Source of the DNA: Camelus ferus
Taxonomy: Eukaryota
NCBI RefSeq assembly: GCF_009834535.1
Contig: NC_045708.1
Span: 61,070,001-61,134,000, forward strand
Reading direction: 5' to 3'
DNA length: 64,000 bases
The position numbers were made by a program, and so were the translations under genes. Shown piece after piece: positions 1 through 11,555 of the stretch. The notes under the pieces are model-generated. The model worked only from the letters and a program-made list of their open reading frames with translations, was not told the origin of the DNA and did not search any database. Each line of letters begins with the position of its first letter. Positions within the stretch are counted from its first letter, which is position 1.

Positions 1-535
1 TTTATCAAGTGATTTTTCCTACCTACATTAATTTAGAGGAAAATATGATTTTCTCACAAAGGGTTGCTAAGAACTGAAGTATCTCTCACCCTAAGGACAT
101 TTACTGAATGGGGTGAAAATGAATTTCACTTTTCATGTCTTTGCTGGCACAGGGGAAAAGTGACAAGCCCAGGGTTTAGTGCTGGAATGCAAAACGGATA
201 TAGCCTCATCATTAACCTGCTATAAATACATCCATCCCGTAGAGGACTTCCAGGAAAACTGCAAGTCTTAAATGCATAACTAAAGAGCAAAAAATTCTCT
301 CTTGAAAATTCATAATCATAAACTGACTTTGCTGTGTTTTCAGCTAAAATTTTATAATTTCGGTGGTCTAAAGACTCCAAGACAAGAATTTAGTTGTCCC
401 TAGTTGTGCCTTTTGTGCCTGGCAGAATCAAAATAATATCCTCTCTGGAGAACCCAGCTTTATTCCATCCCTCCAAGAATTTTGACAGATACAATTGCAT
501 GAGTATAAGCCCAAAATCAGAAGTCACACCCTATA

Positions 536-625
536 AAACAAACAAACAAACAAAAATCAAAAGCAAACAAAAAAATTCAAAGAATAAATAAGCAGAAATC
601 AGGTTAAAAAAAGATAAAAAGCAGA
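536..625. repeat. A-rich low-complexity tract (AAAC/AAAT units)
   Basis: aaaacaaacaaacaaacaaaaatcaaaagcaaacaaaaaaattc... Confidence 0.6.
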
Positions 626-1189
626 ATCAGACACACACAGTCTTCAAATATTGAAATTGCCATTTTCCTTATTTTTTATCCTCTTCTCTTTTATTCTCAT
701 TCCTTGTTGTACATAAAACTATATCCAAAAATAGATATTTTCAACATCTAATTTCCTCATAAATAACACGTAAGCCCTTCTTTTCTATAAAGTTAGAAAT
801 TGATAATGTAATCAAGTTTAACTTGTAAGCGAAACCTAGTTACCCTGAAATGGAATTTGATCTCAACATTTGTCTTTCAAGTTACAAGAACTGCAGTGAA
901 CAAAAAAAATAAAAGCAGAAATAAGAATAGATTCTTTACTCTTTAAACAAACAAGTACAATCATAAATATTGTATTAAACTAAAAATAACAAAATATATA
1001 TTGATGACTATCATACAGATCTTTTTAGAACTTTAATATTATTTTAGACAGATTCTATTTAGCTAAATGCTCAGAATGATAAATATATTATAAATTATTA
1101 GAATAGCTCTTATTTGTGCAGCGTATTTTCCCCCAAAATCTCATGAACTTTCAAATATCTTTACATTTAAAAGAATTTATGTTCTGACT

Positions 1190-1462
1190 TGACCTTGAAC
1201 CCCTGATTGACCTTAATGTTGGGCACTTGGCCAAAGCTGAGCCAATCATAATCCGTCCTTGCAATTTTATAAACTGGAATCACAGAACAAACTCTTAGGC
1301 ACAGAGAGAATATATTGGTCGATGAATCCCAAGGAAGACTGATTCTGAGCTTTAATTCCAGTTATTAAACTTTCCAGGGATCCATGAACCAATAAATTGC
1401 CTTTGCTGAAGCTTATTTGATTTATTTCTGTAACTTGCAACCAAAACATTCCTGATACCCTT
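1190..1462 (+). mobile_element. ERVL-MaLR solo LTR fragment (old MLT1 H-K type), 3' part
   Basis: ggccaaagctgagccaatca...catgaaccaataaattgcctttgctgaagc...ttctgtaacttgcaaccaaaac matches the MLT1 3' end as recalled. Confidence 0.7.
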
Positions 1463-1886
1463 GTATAAAGAAAATTAAATTCTGAGATGGTTTTCCTGCA
1501 TGCTGGAAGTCATAAGAGGCAATGGATGAATAATACCTTTAATACCATTTCCACCATAAGGTAAGAGAGTTGGGAAGAGTTCCTGGGTGAGCTCTTTTGA
1601 AGCCCTGCCTAAACCTCTCCCCTCTAATTTATTCCCGAGGCAGGTCAAAGTAAGATTATTCCTTATGACAAGGTTTTAGAACCAGTAGTATGTTGATGAT
1701 TAAACTTCTAGTGTCTAGACGGAGTCCATCAAGAAGCCCTTTCTGGATGTAGTATTATTTTCCAGTTACTTTCTACTTTGAATTTTACATGGCCTGAAGG
1801 ACTGAAATGTGAGGGAAGAGCGTAAAAATTATTGAGCATTTTGTGCTATGTTAAGGACCTGGCTGTTCTTTTATTTTCTAGTTAGG

Positions 1887-2154
1887 TGTTAAGGGCTGAA
1901 TTTTATCCCCCTCAAAATTTATGTGTTGAAGTCCAAACTCCTAGTGAAATAGGACTGTATTCGCAGATAGTCTTTGGAGAAGTTATTAAGGTTAAATAAA
2001 GTCATTAGGGGTGGCCCCTAACGCAATATGACTAGTGTCCTTTTAAGAAGAGATTAGGATCCAGGCACATACAGGGGAAAATGGCATGAAGACAAAGAGA
2101 GAAGGTGGTCATCTATAAGCCAGGGTACAAGTTCTCAGAAGAAATAACCCTGTC
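1887..2154 (+). mobile_element. ERVL-MaLR LTR fragment (MLT1A-D type), 5' part
   Basis: tgttaagggctgaattttatcccctcaaaatttatgtgttgaagtcc...ggtggcccctaa...tgactagtgtccttttaagaagag...tataagccagg is the typical MLT1 5' pattern. Confidence 0.8.
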
Positions 2155-2381
2155 TGTCAAATCTACCCATAAAATTGCTTTCAAATATATCTTCTACTTT
2201 ACTTCCACTATTACTACCTTAAATTTATGCTTTGACTTTCTTATTTGAAATATTCTAATAACCATCAGCTCCTCATCATTCTAATTCAAGCATTCATAGG
2301 CATGCTAGCAAACCCACTAGACTGTGAATTTGTTGAGGACAAAGTCTACTCTGTAGTCTCTCCTTACGCTCAGTGTATAGT

Positions 2382-2532
2382 CTGTGGTTCCTAGACCTGG
2401 CTGTGCATCAGAACTCCAGGTGGCATTTTTTAATTACAGATCTTTGAGCCCCAGACCCTATCTGTTGAATCAGAATCTACAGGCTTGTGAGCTAGAAATT
2501 GGTATTTTTAATATATTCCTAAGCTGATCTTC
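2382..2532. mobile_element. MER5A-like hAT-Charlie MITE
   Basis: gtggttcctagacctggctgtgcatcagaa...gccccagaccc...tgaatcagaatct...aagctgatct. Confidence 0.7.
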
Positions 2533-3309
2533 TAAGTAATGGACAACTGCTACTTTTGTTTGCCCCTCTTTTTATTAATGATCATGTGACAGCTTCCCCC
2601 AAACTTCCTACCTTGGTCTTCTGTCTTATTGTGCCTTCTGTTATCACAGTGTTTTTTGAGTAATAAATCTAATTAATTAGTGATATATTTCTAGAATTTT
2701 CTTGTTGAAGGCCTATATCTATTGTAGATTACATCCATCTCCTGAGAAGCTACAAAAATGCCATAAAGATACCTTAATAATAGTAAAAATAAATGAAGCT
2801 TATGTGGTTTGTTCACTGAAACTCATTAAGCAGGTTCCACACTAGGATGTTCTCTTCGCTACTGCCTCCAACTATATGAAAGAACTGGCAGAAACATTCA
2901 CTTCTCTTGTAGTTGTTTCGTGGACTGGCCCTATTCATATTGATACAAATTGTATGGAAGGCCCACAAACGAAAGTGAGTTTAAGAGTTCACCTTGGAAA
3001 AGGAGGAAGTAATGTCTCAAATTCTACTCCAGCTCTCTATATTATAAACTTAATTTACACACTTATCACATGGTAAAAACTGACAACTTTATACTCTGAA
3101 AAGAGAAATCACACTACTTTTCTTACTTAAATAAAAACCAGCTTCAAGACTAAAGCAGTGGGTCTTTGTATGTACTCATAGATAGGAAACGTGATAATAA
3201 TGGCAGTCCTTAGAGATAAGCTCCGCTGTTAGTCTGTACTTGAAATCAAAAGCCCTCTTTCTAACCATACTTAGATAACAAAAGGAGAACTTGCTGAATA
3301 TATCTGCCA

Positions 3310-3545
3310 AACTGATCAATCCTATTGATACTTGTTTTGAATCTATTATAAGAAACATTATATAATATAGGAGGATCAAAAGAGACATGATTCCTGATTT
3401 TGTGGAGTTTTTGGTTTAGTTAATAGAAGTCCTGGTTTTAAAAAGAAAAAAGGTGGGATGATAACAGGAGCCTGGAATGAAGGCAGAGAGCTAGAGTGTG
3501 TGAGAAGCGGTCATGCCCAGATGATGCTTCCTGGAGGGAGGGACC
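3310..3545 (-). mobile_element. L2 LINE fragment (degenerate)
   Basis: gacatgattcctga...gatgcttcctggagggag resembles the L2 3' region in minus orientation. Confidence 0.4.
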
Positions 3546-4394
3546 ACTTATTCTGTGCTCAGATGTCAACAGCCAGGAGAACCCTGGCCCTTGAACGAAC
3601 CAGTGAGCGTGACCTCTTTGACAGTCTTTGCTGCTTGTATATACGTTATAAAAAGGCTGGTGCAAAAACTACGTATTATCCATGGTCTATTTTTCCTATT
3701 CTTAATGTACACATTTATGTATTCATTATGCAAATATTTTATTAAAAGTACTTATAAAATAAGGCCCCTTACGCAGGCTCAAAGTCCTCAGTATAAACTA
3801 ATATACTAACGAGCTACCTAGTCGTTGGCTTATTTTTTCCTAGTTTATATTTTTAACCTTGTTGGATCCTTTGGATTATCATTTTAACTACATAGAACAA
3901 TAAAAGTTTAGTGTTTCCAGATTTGGATTAACATCTCCATGAACAGGAAAATCACTGTTTCTTCTATCAAGATATTACATCTTTGAAAAATTTTGACTGC
4001 AAGAGGTTCTGTTTTTAAACTGAAATAGGCTTCATTGTATCTTGCAGCATCTTAAGTCAGTCCCTTTGGGCCATGTGGAACAAAGCTAATCCCTCTTTCA
4101 CATAATAATTTAATAATTTTTTAATTAAAAAAATATAGGTGATATTTTATGAAATTAGGATAGGCTTACTAAAGAAGATCTGGATAATTAAAAGAACTAG
4201 ATAAAAGAAGGAACTAGCCACATTCCCAGTACTGAAAACAACCACATTTTAAATTTTGATATATCTAGTTCCAGTATTTATTTTCCCCTAAATAGTTTTG
4301 ATACTCTGTTATTTCACATAATTTTATCATATGTAAACATACACACATACATAATATAATTTAATTTCTATCTACTGGGGGACAATCTGCTGTA

Positions 4395-4590
4395 GAGGAT
4401 AAGTGGGCAGCACTGGAGGAAGATAGACCTGGGTTCAAATTCAAGCACTACCACTTGCTAGCATTTATTGCCTCAGATATGTTACTTAATCTCCTCAACT
4501 TTCTAATCTATAACTAGAACCCACTTCTTGGGGTTGTGGCCAGCATTAATTAATGTAAAATGTTTAGCTTACTGCCTAGTGAATAATAAA
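4395..4590 (+). mobile_element. MIR SINE
   Basis: gacctgggttcaaattcaagcactaccacttgctagc...gttacttaatctc core. Confidence 0.7.
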
Positions 4591-4884
4591 TTATGAATAA
4601 TGATTCAGATTATTATTATGCTGATGCTATTCTGAGATAACTATCAAACACACAACGTTCAGGCTAAAGGTTCAATTCTTTCAGTCCTTTCTCATATGAG
4701 ATGGTTTTAAGTCCCCTTATCATGCAGGATGCTAAATACTGGAAGTTATTTAATCTTTCCATTCATATATTCCCTAAAATGTTGCTCTCAGAACTGAGCA
4801 TGGTAACCTGAACAGCTTGAAATTAGAGTCGGATTATATCCCCCATTATTCTATGCACATCCTAAATTTACCAATGCGGCCAAA

Positions 4885-4960
4885 TTATTTCTTCTTCATC
4901 TCCTTCTTCTCCTTCTTCCTCTCTTCCTCCTTTTGCTCCTCCGATTCCTCATCCTTCTTG
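4885..4960. repeat. Pyrimidine-rich (CTT/CCT) low-complexity tract
   Basis: tttcttcttcatctccttcttctccttcttcctctcttcctcc... Confidence 0.7.
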
Positions 4961-5039
4961 TAACCATTTTATACCATTGATTCACTGCCAAGTAAAGCTC
5001 CTCTTTTTTTCCCATGGATACTGTTTCTGAGTCACATAT

Positions 5040-5590
5040 TCCTCAAATTGAATTTAGGCAGTCGGTGCTTTGGTCCCAAGGCAGGACCTCACAATTATTT
5101 CAACCAAATTATGTATTGTTAGACTGTGTTCATCTTTTAGTTTCTAAGAACCTTTAGATCCTGATCTTGTAATCCAATGTATTTTCTCACCTTTCCAATC
5201 TCATGTAATTGATTGATAGGTATGCCTCTCATAGTTTTACTCCGTCATTGATAAGTACGTTCACATCAGACAAGGCCAGAGACAATGACCTGTGGTGTAC
5301 CATTTGACAAAACTTCCTCCAGGCTGACACAGATTCACTAAAATTGCTGTTGGGTGCAGTCATTCAGCCAGGTATGAAAACACATAATAGTACTAGCCTG
5401 AAACATGTCTCTCTCTATCTGGTCCACAAGGATAGAAAGAAAGACCTTATTAAGTGACTTGCTAGAATCTAGATATCGACATCTAGTGCCTTGATGTACT
5501 GGTTTATTAACTTTACAGAACAAAACATCCAGGATTGGGCTGAATAGCTTATTCTTGTAGAATTTACACTTTTCCCCAACAATCACTTTT
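5040..5590 (-). mobile_element. CR1/L3 LINE reverse transcriptase remnant
   Basis: Minus ORF 5338-5586 contains YLDSSKSLNKV...ILVDQIE...HTWLN, aligning to CR1 RT YLDFSKAFDKV..ILV.K.E...HNWLN. The sequence then continues into decayed WREV.SGVPQG / FNIFIND / IQ.DL / KC.VLHLG-like motifs. Confidence 0.7.
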
Positions 5591-5859
5591 TAAAAAATGC
5601 TTACAGAATTGTCTTTTTTAAGTATAATCTAGGTTAGGCTCTTCTCCTGCCATTCAACGTAAGTTTCATGGCTCTGAAGTTTGCAGATTCTGCCATTTTT
5701 TTTTAACATAAACTATTTGTCCCTTATCCTTTCTACTCTATTTCTCAAAGGTAATCAGCTAAATACTCCATCTCATTTAGAAGGTGTCTGGTAATAATTC
5801 ACAGAGGCCAAGAGACATACTGTCAGCTAGACTAGTCAGGGTTTCCCAGTAAAGCATAT

Positions 5860-6050
5860 AGGTGAAGTACTCAGACCATGGACTTACCTATCTTGGCTCA
5901 AATCCTAGCTCTGCACTTCTCCTGTGTGATCTGGGACAGATTATGCAACCTTGTATAATGCTTGCTTTATAGAGTTGTTATGATGATTAAATGAGTGAAT
6001 GCATATAAATACAGAAGGTATGATACCTACTAGATATTCAATAAATGTAA
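5860..6050 (+). mobile_element. MIR SINE
   Basis: ggctcaaatcctagctctgcactt...tgtgatctggg...gttgttatgatgattaaatgag. Confidence 0.65.
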
Positions 6051-6117
6051 CCTACATTCTAATAATCCCTTTATCTATTTTGTCTTTCAAATTTTAGCCA
6101 ATATCCAGTGGTCTGAC

Positions 6118-6370
6118 TTCACTCATTCAACAAATGTTTACTGAATAATACTTGTTACAGACAAGGCCTAGAGATAATTGTACTGAACAAGTCAAAGTCC
6201 CTGCACTCACAGAGCTTACACTCTAATGCAGGAGAAAGAAATCACCTAAGTAAGTAAAATAATAGCAGTCAGTGATTAGAGGGATGGAAAGTTTAAGGGT
6301 TAGAGAATGTCAGAGAGAATTTTTCAGGAAGGGTACTAAGGGTTCTCTCTGAAGAGGTAACATGTAAGCA
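6118..6370 (-). mobile_element. L2 LINE 3' end
   Basis: ttcactcattcaacaaatgtttactgaa...aagtccctgcactcacagagcttacactcta. Confidence 0.7.
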
Positions 6371-7424
6371 GGTAACATGAATGAACCAACAGGGAAGAAA
6401 CATAAAGGAGTAAAGACACTTTCCTTTCTCTTTTTCATGAATGAATTTTATGACTTCAACTTTAAAAAAAAAAAGTGGGCCTACTCTTGTGTTGATTTCC
6501 TTCCTCATTTCATGCTAAGGAGATGCTTTTTGGTCCTCTTTAGCATCTTTCACAAGTCACAGCTCATTTTGTGCTTTAGTCTTGCTGATGCTATTTTTTA
6601 TAGGTCCATATATTTGTGTGGGATTAGCTGTCCCCTTTTACCATCTTTTGCAACGTGCTGTTTGAAATTCGGAGCCTGTCAGTAGGTCTCTGTGCAGCAC
6701 ATTGGTTTCTTTAGTTTCCTCCCCATTTTCTTGCTCATTAGAATCATTTGTGTTTGCATAGGCAGAACACTGCTTCAGTCGAACTCCAGGAGCGCATGGT
6801 TGCTTTTCCCCAAGGTTCCAATCATTTCCATCTTACCTACTGGTTTCTGTCAGAATGTCAGAATAGGGTCCAGAGTAGGAGTTCCGCTTACTGCTAACTC
6901 TGCCTTCTGGGAAATGAAATTATAAGCAAGGCTGGTCCAGAAATTGTCTTTTTTGCTTTGCGAGGAAGGAAAGTTTCTGTGGATACTTCAAGACTAAAAT
7001 CTCTAACACGAAGATGTGTTGCTGCCCTGATAGCTTTGTGAAAAGCATCCTTCTAGCCAGGAAGTCTGTAATGCAGTCACAAATGCTGCCACTTCTCTGT
7101 GTCTCTCATTTCATGTTCATCTAGATTTTTCCCTAGTTTTCCTCTACCCATGAGAATTTACGTATAGGTTCTAGCTTCTAACCAGCAAGGACTATTCACC
7201 CACTTTTCAATCAGTGTGGTCTAATTATAATTTTAAGGAGATTGGATTAAAAATAAAACTCTTTCTATGACCAAACTTTATGCCCAAGAAACCAGGACGT
7301 TTCCCTACAGCTAAATATTAGCTAGCAGCCTGAAGTCCTAGAAAACTTCGGAATAGAAGGTAGATTCTATTCTTGATCAAGCCATATACTCGCCTGCAGA
7401 TTCATCACACGTCAGAGCCCAAGG

Positions 7425-7545
7425 GCCCTTCATTTAAAGATGAAAGATCTGGACCCTCTAATTTTTTTTGCGATGAGAAAATTGTGGCCTTAAAAGGTTA
7501 GTTGACTCTCCCACAAGCCTCATAGTTAGTTAGGGATAGTTACTG
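7425..7545 (-). mobile_element. MIR (MIRc/MIR3-like) fragment
   Basis: ttttgcgatgagaaaattgtggccttaaaaggttagttgactctcccacaagcctcatagttag. Confidence 0.5.
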
Positions 7546-7894
7546 CAGAAAAAGGTTACATTCCCTTAGGCCAGTAAATTTCACCCCTACCTTGTTACCT
7601 TCGATTAATAGCCCAGAATCTTACTTCCCCTTCTGGGAAATCCAAATAATAATATCCACAGCTCTTCCTACCCCCACAGAGCTGCTCTGAGAAGGGAAGG
7701 AGATAATGGATATTTAATAATAGTGGTTGACTAGGGTGGTATTATTATGATAAAACCTTTAATGATTTAATCTGTAGGTTTCTCTGGGCTTTTTTTCCCC
7801 TCCTTGTTTAAGTGATTTGCATTTTAAATTTAAATCTATGGTGCAATGTGCTTACTTTGTTAAAGATTTACAACAGATTGTGGGCTGCGTCCCA

Positions 7895-8025
7895 CTGAAG
7901 AAAGAGCCTGGTTTGGGCATCCCGGAGACCAAGGTGATGATCTTTATTTCCTCACTCAAGGGGTGCGTGACAGGGCATCCCCTTAACTTCTCTGACTGTA
8001 GCTTTCTCACCTGTAGCTTTTGCAG
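7895..8025 (+). mobile_element. MIR fragment
   Basis: gaaagagcctggtttggg...gcgtgacagggcatccccttaacttctctgactgtagctttctcacctgta. Confidence 0.6.
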
Positions 8026-8121
8026 CTCTGAGAAGCCATACAGAAAGGCGCAGGATCAGTGGCTGTGTTTGTTTGTTTTTATTTTATCTTCTCTGTTTTT
8101 TTTTTTTTTTTTCCTCCTCCC

Positions 8122-8216
8122 TCAGACTGTGAGCATCTTGATGGCAGACACTATTCATCTTTGTATTCCTAGGGTCTGGCACTCAATAACTATACAGTAT
8201 GTTTGTTAAATGAATT
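8122..8216 (+). mobile_element. L2 3' terminal fragment
   Basis: agactgtgagcatcttgatggcagacac...catctttgtattcctaggg...tgtttgttaaatgaat. Confidence 0.65.
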
Positions 8217-8269
8217 ATTTACCAAGGTGAACAACATGGACTGGGGCTGAGGGTAGCAGTATTTTGTAA

Positions 8270-8500
8270 GTCAGTGTTTTTTCAACTGTACTCTTAAGAG
8301 CACAACATTGGGTTTTGTAGAGGTCCTTCAGGAGCTGCTAAAATTAGCAATCAAGGCATAACTGAAAGTGAACTCTTGGCCTTTATCTTGCTTTAATTAG
8401 AGCAGACATACTTGTTTCTTATTAATATATTGGCCTGCTATATAAGCTTGTTTTTAGAAGAAAAGGTTTTTCAGCTAAAAGAAAATTGAAACAAGATATT
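8270..8500. mobile_element. Possible old hAT-Charlie MITE remnant
   Basis: Starts cagtgttttttcaactg...gggttttgtagaggtccttcaggagctgc, Charlie-like; family not identified. Confidence 0.3.
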
Positions 8501-9856
8501 TAGGTTTTAGCAACTTAAAGACCCATCTTCTAATAGTTCTTTTACCATTAGGCACCTTAAGCAAGTTAACATTTTCTTTGTCGTGATTTCTCATTTATTG
8601 TAGGAATTACAGCATTTTGGGTTGGTTAGAGACGGGCAGGAAGATATCACACACACACAGCTGCCATTTCCCAATGGTTTAGCCAAGAATACCCAAGGGG
8701 ATTCCACCTGGATGCAGGTGGCCTCCTGCATCAGGAGCAGGTGCCTGCAGACGCAGCGTACCTTGGCTTGGCTTTTCTCTTCCTCCGCTTCCCTGTGGGC
8801 CACACAGCTGCCACGGACACTATTGCCAGGGTAGAAAAACATAATTTTTTTTTAACTCAAACTCACCACTCTAGAAGAATTTATACTCATGGCCTAGGCA
8901 CCTCCATGTAAGAAAATGCTGACAAACATCAGGCTTTCCCAGTTCTGGAACCAAGTGAGCACGAGCAAGAAAACCTCCTCGGGGCGAGATGCGGGGTGGG
9001 GAGGAACTGGCAAAGTCGGGGCCAGGGGCCCCTGAATAGTATCTCTGTCTCTAGCTTCCAGTGATCTTGTCTCCCTGGAAGTTTATTTGGTAGATTAAAT
9101 AAAGTAGGGGCAACCCCAAAATATTTAGTAATGTGTAAATGGTTGGGCTTGGGCACCAATAGGTCAGAACAGATGCTGGCCGTAAACTACCAGCAAGCCT
9201 TGCCGGGGTTTGCCAGCTGAACGCTAGCCCTAAGATAGGGTAACGTTAGAATGTCCTCATGATGCCAGACACATAGATGGTACTTGATTAATGTTCATCC
9301 CCTATCCTCCTCCCTCCTTCCTCTTGAACAAAATCCAGTAAAAACAAAACAGAACAAAACTGGTTATCCCCAAATAACCTGAGAAGGCAAGCTTATTATA
9401 TCATTAGGACAATGTATTCATGAGGGGATAATTTCTAATACCAAAATTCTTTCTGTGGACTACAGTAAAGTGGATGTATTTTTAAAAATTAATTGTAAAC
9501 TACTGCCTGAATTAGAACCCAGCTGTTAAATAAGAATATGTCTTAGTTATAGCCAGTGAGAACACTGTCTCTCCTCTGAGTTTGTCATTTTCCCGGCTCA
9601 GAAGGGTTAATTCATTATATTTAGTTATATTCTGTCAGTGGCTTTAAGGCAGTGTTTTCCAGAGGTTGGCAGAGGAAATGGGGAACACTCTATTGATACC
9701 ACCTGGATCTTTCTCTCCACTTCCCCCAAGTCTTTCTGGGGATTTTGATGCCTTCCTTCCTATTAAGAATCTGCCAGAATGAGCCATTGGAAGTGTGGAT
9801 AAGACACACCAGGTAACTTAGCTTAGAAAAAAGTGATACTAGCCTTTGAGGGTGTT

Positions 9857-9888
<32 letters not shown>

Positions 9889-9889
9889 G
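9857..9889. repeat. (TTG)11 microsatellite
   Basis: Read directly. Confidence 0.95.
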
Positions 9890-10247
9890 AGGCAAAAGAG
9901 GAAGGAAGGAAGGACATCTTTTGTAGCAGAGGCAAAACTGGACTGTATCAACTTCAGTGGTGGAGAAGACAGGGTGGAGGGATGGACCAGAAGTCGAGAG
10001 GGGATGGGAGGACAAGGAATTGACCAGCTTCACCATTTAGTCAAGGTTCTCTCTGGTCTCATCATCAGAGCGTGTATTTGCTACCACTGGGAAACTTGTA
10101 ACTGCCCCTCTCTTTACGTGGCTCCTAGAAAAGACTAAAAGCAAATCTAAGGCTAGCATGCATTTAGGCATGAATTGCCTGTGTTGACTTTTCCTCCTTT
10201 TTTACTTCCCAATCCTTATTTTCTCTTTGCCTTACCATTCTTTCCTT

Positions 10248-10597
10248 TCTAAATTGAGGTATAGTTGATGTACAATATTATATAAGTTTCAGGTGCATAA
10301 CATAGTAATTCATAATTTTTAAAGATTATATTCTATTTATAGTTATTATAAAATATTGGCTATATTCCCTGTGTTGTATAATATATCATTGTGGCTTATT
10401 TATTTTATACATGCTAGTTTATACCTCTTAATCTCTTACCCCTATCTTGCCCCTTTCTCCCTTCCCTCTCCCCATTGGTAACCACTAGTTTGTTCTCCAA
10501 ATCTATGAGTCTATTTCTTTTTTTTTTTTAATGAGTCTATTTCTTTTTTGTTATAGTCACTAGTTTTATTTTTTGATTCTACATATAAGTGATATCA
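10248..10597 (-). mobile_element. L1 LINE 3' end (L1MA9-like / laurasiatherian), runs into an assembly gap
   Basis: ttgaggtatagttgatgtacaatattatataagtttcaggtg...ggtaaccactagtttgttctc...gattctacatataagtgatatca is the canonical antisense L1 3'UTR. Confidence 0.88.
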
Positions 10598-10776
10598 NNN
10601 NNNNNNNNNNNNNNNNNNNNNNNNNNNNNNNNNNNNNNNNNNNNNNNNNNNNNNNNNNNNNNNNNNNNNNNNNNNNNNNNNNNNNNNNNNNNNNNNNNNN
10701 NNNNNNNNNNNNNNNNNNNNNNNNNNNNNNNNNNNNNNNNNNNNNNNNNNNNNNNNNNNNNNNNNNNNNNNNNNNA
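10598..10776. other. Assembly gap (179 N)
   Basis: Run of N. Confidence 0.99.
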
Positions 10777-11324
10777 TCTCTTGGCCTTAGTTATTCTTAT
10801 TACTTTTATTTTTATTTGTTTTTAAATCTCCCTTAAATTATTTGTGGACTTTAAAGGGTTATAAATTAATAAATAAAATTAGAATGCCTACAGACAACTG
10901 CCTTTGTGTTTAGCTCTTTTAGAGTATAATAAGTTTAACCATAGAGTCTTCTAATGTTACAGATTTAAGGAAAAACTAAGCACTTATGACTAAAAAAGAA
11001 TGAAAATCATAAGCTATGAAAAATAACTAAGCACAAGTAGATTCTTCAAATTGCTAAAAAAAAAAAACCAAAAAAAGTAAAATAATCAAAGTATCAGCAA
11101 CAATCCCTGGCATACATGTGATAATAAATGTTTATGTAGTCAATATAAAGCTGTATATTTCAAAATGTAGTTCTACAATTCTTCACTCTAATACAACCCA
11201 ATATCTAAAAATATGTAAGAATGTTCAGAATTGTTCCACATTAGTTCATACAGTTTTAGGCATTTATGTAGCAGCATTTTGAAGAGCTGTCAACTGTTTC
11301 ATGCTATTAATGGTTCCAAAATAA

Positions 11325-11555
11325 CAGCAAATATTTAAGGACTTAATTATGTGCCGAGTACTACCTGTATTAATTCATATAACCCTTACAACAACACTAT
11401 AAAACATGTAATTATTATTCTCATTTTATAAATGAGGAAAGGAAATAACATTTAATTTAAAGACGAGCTCCCATAACTTGCTCAAGGATACATAGCTTGA
11501 ACATGATGGAGCTGAGATCTGAACCCGGATGGTCTGGTCCAAATTCTGAGCTTTT
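11325..11555 (-). mobile_element. MIR SINE
   Basis: attattattctcattttataaatgaggaaa...aacttgctcaaggatacatagc...gagctgagatctgaaccc. Confidence 0.75.

Noticed and set aside
7817-8209. 130-aa + strand ORF
   Set aside because: Overlaps MIR and L2 fragments and a poly-T; no homology signal.
8803-8822. REST/RE1-like cagctgccacggacac
   Set aside because: Only the central CCACGGACA matches; the left half is offset by one base and the critical G after GGACA is missing.
9690-10138. ORFs with poly-Thr, poly-Leu and poly-Gln
   Set aside because: Translations of the (TTG)11 microsatellite; no splice or coding context.
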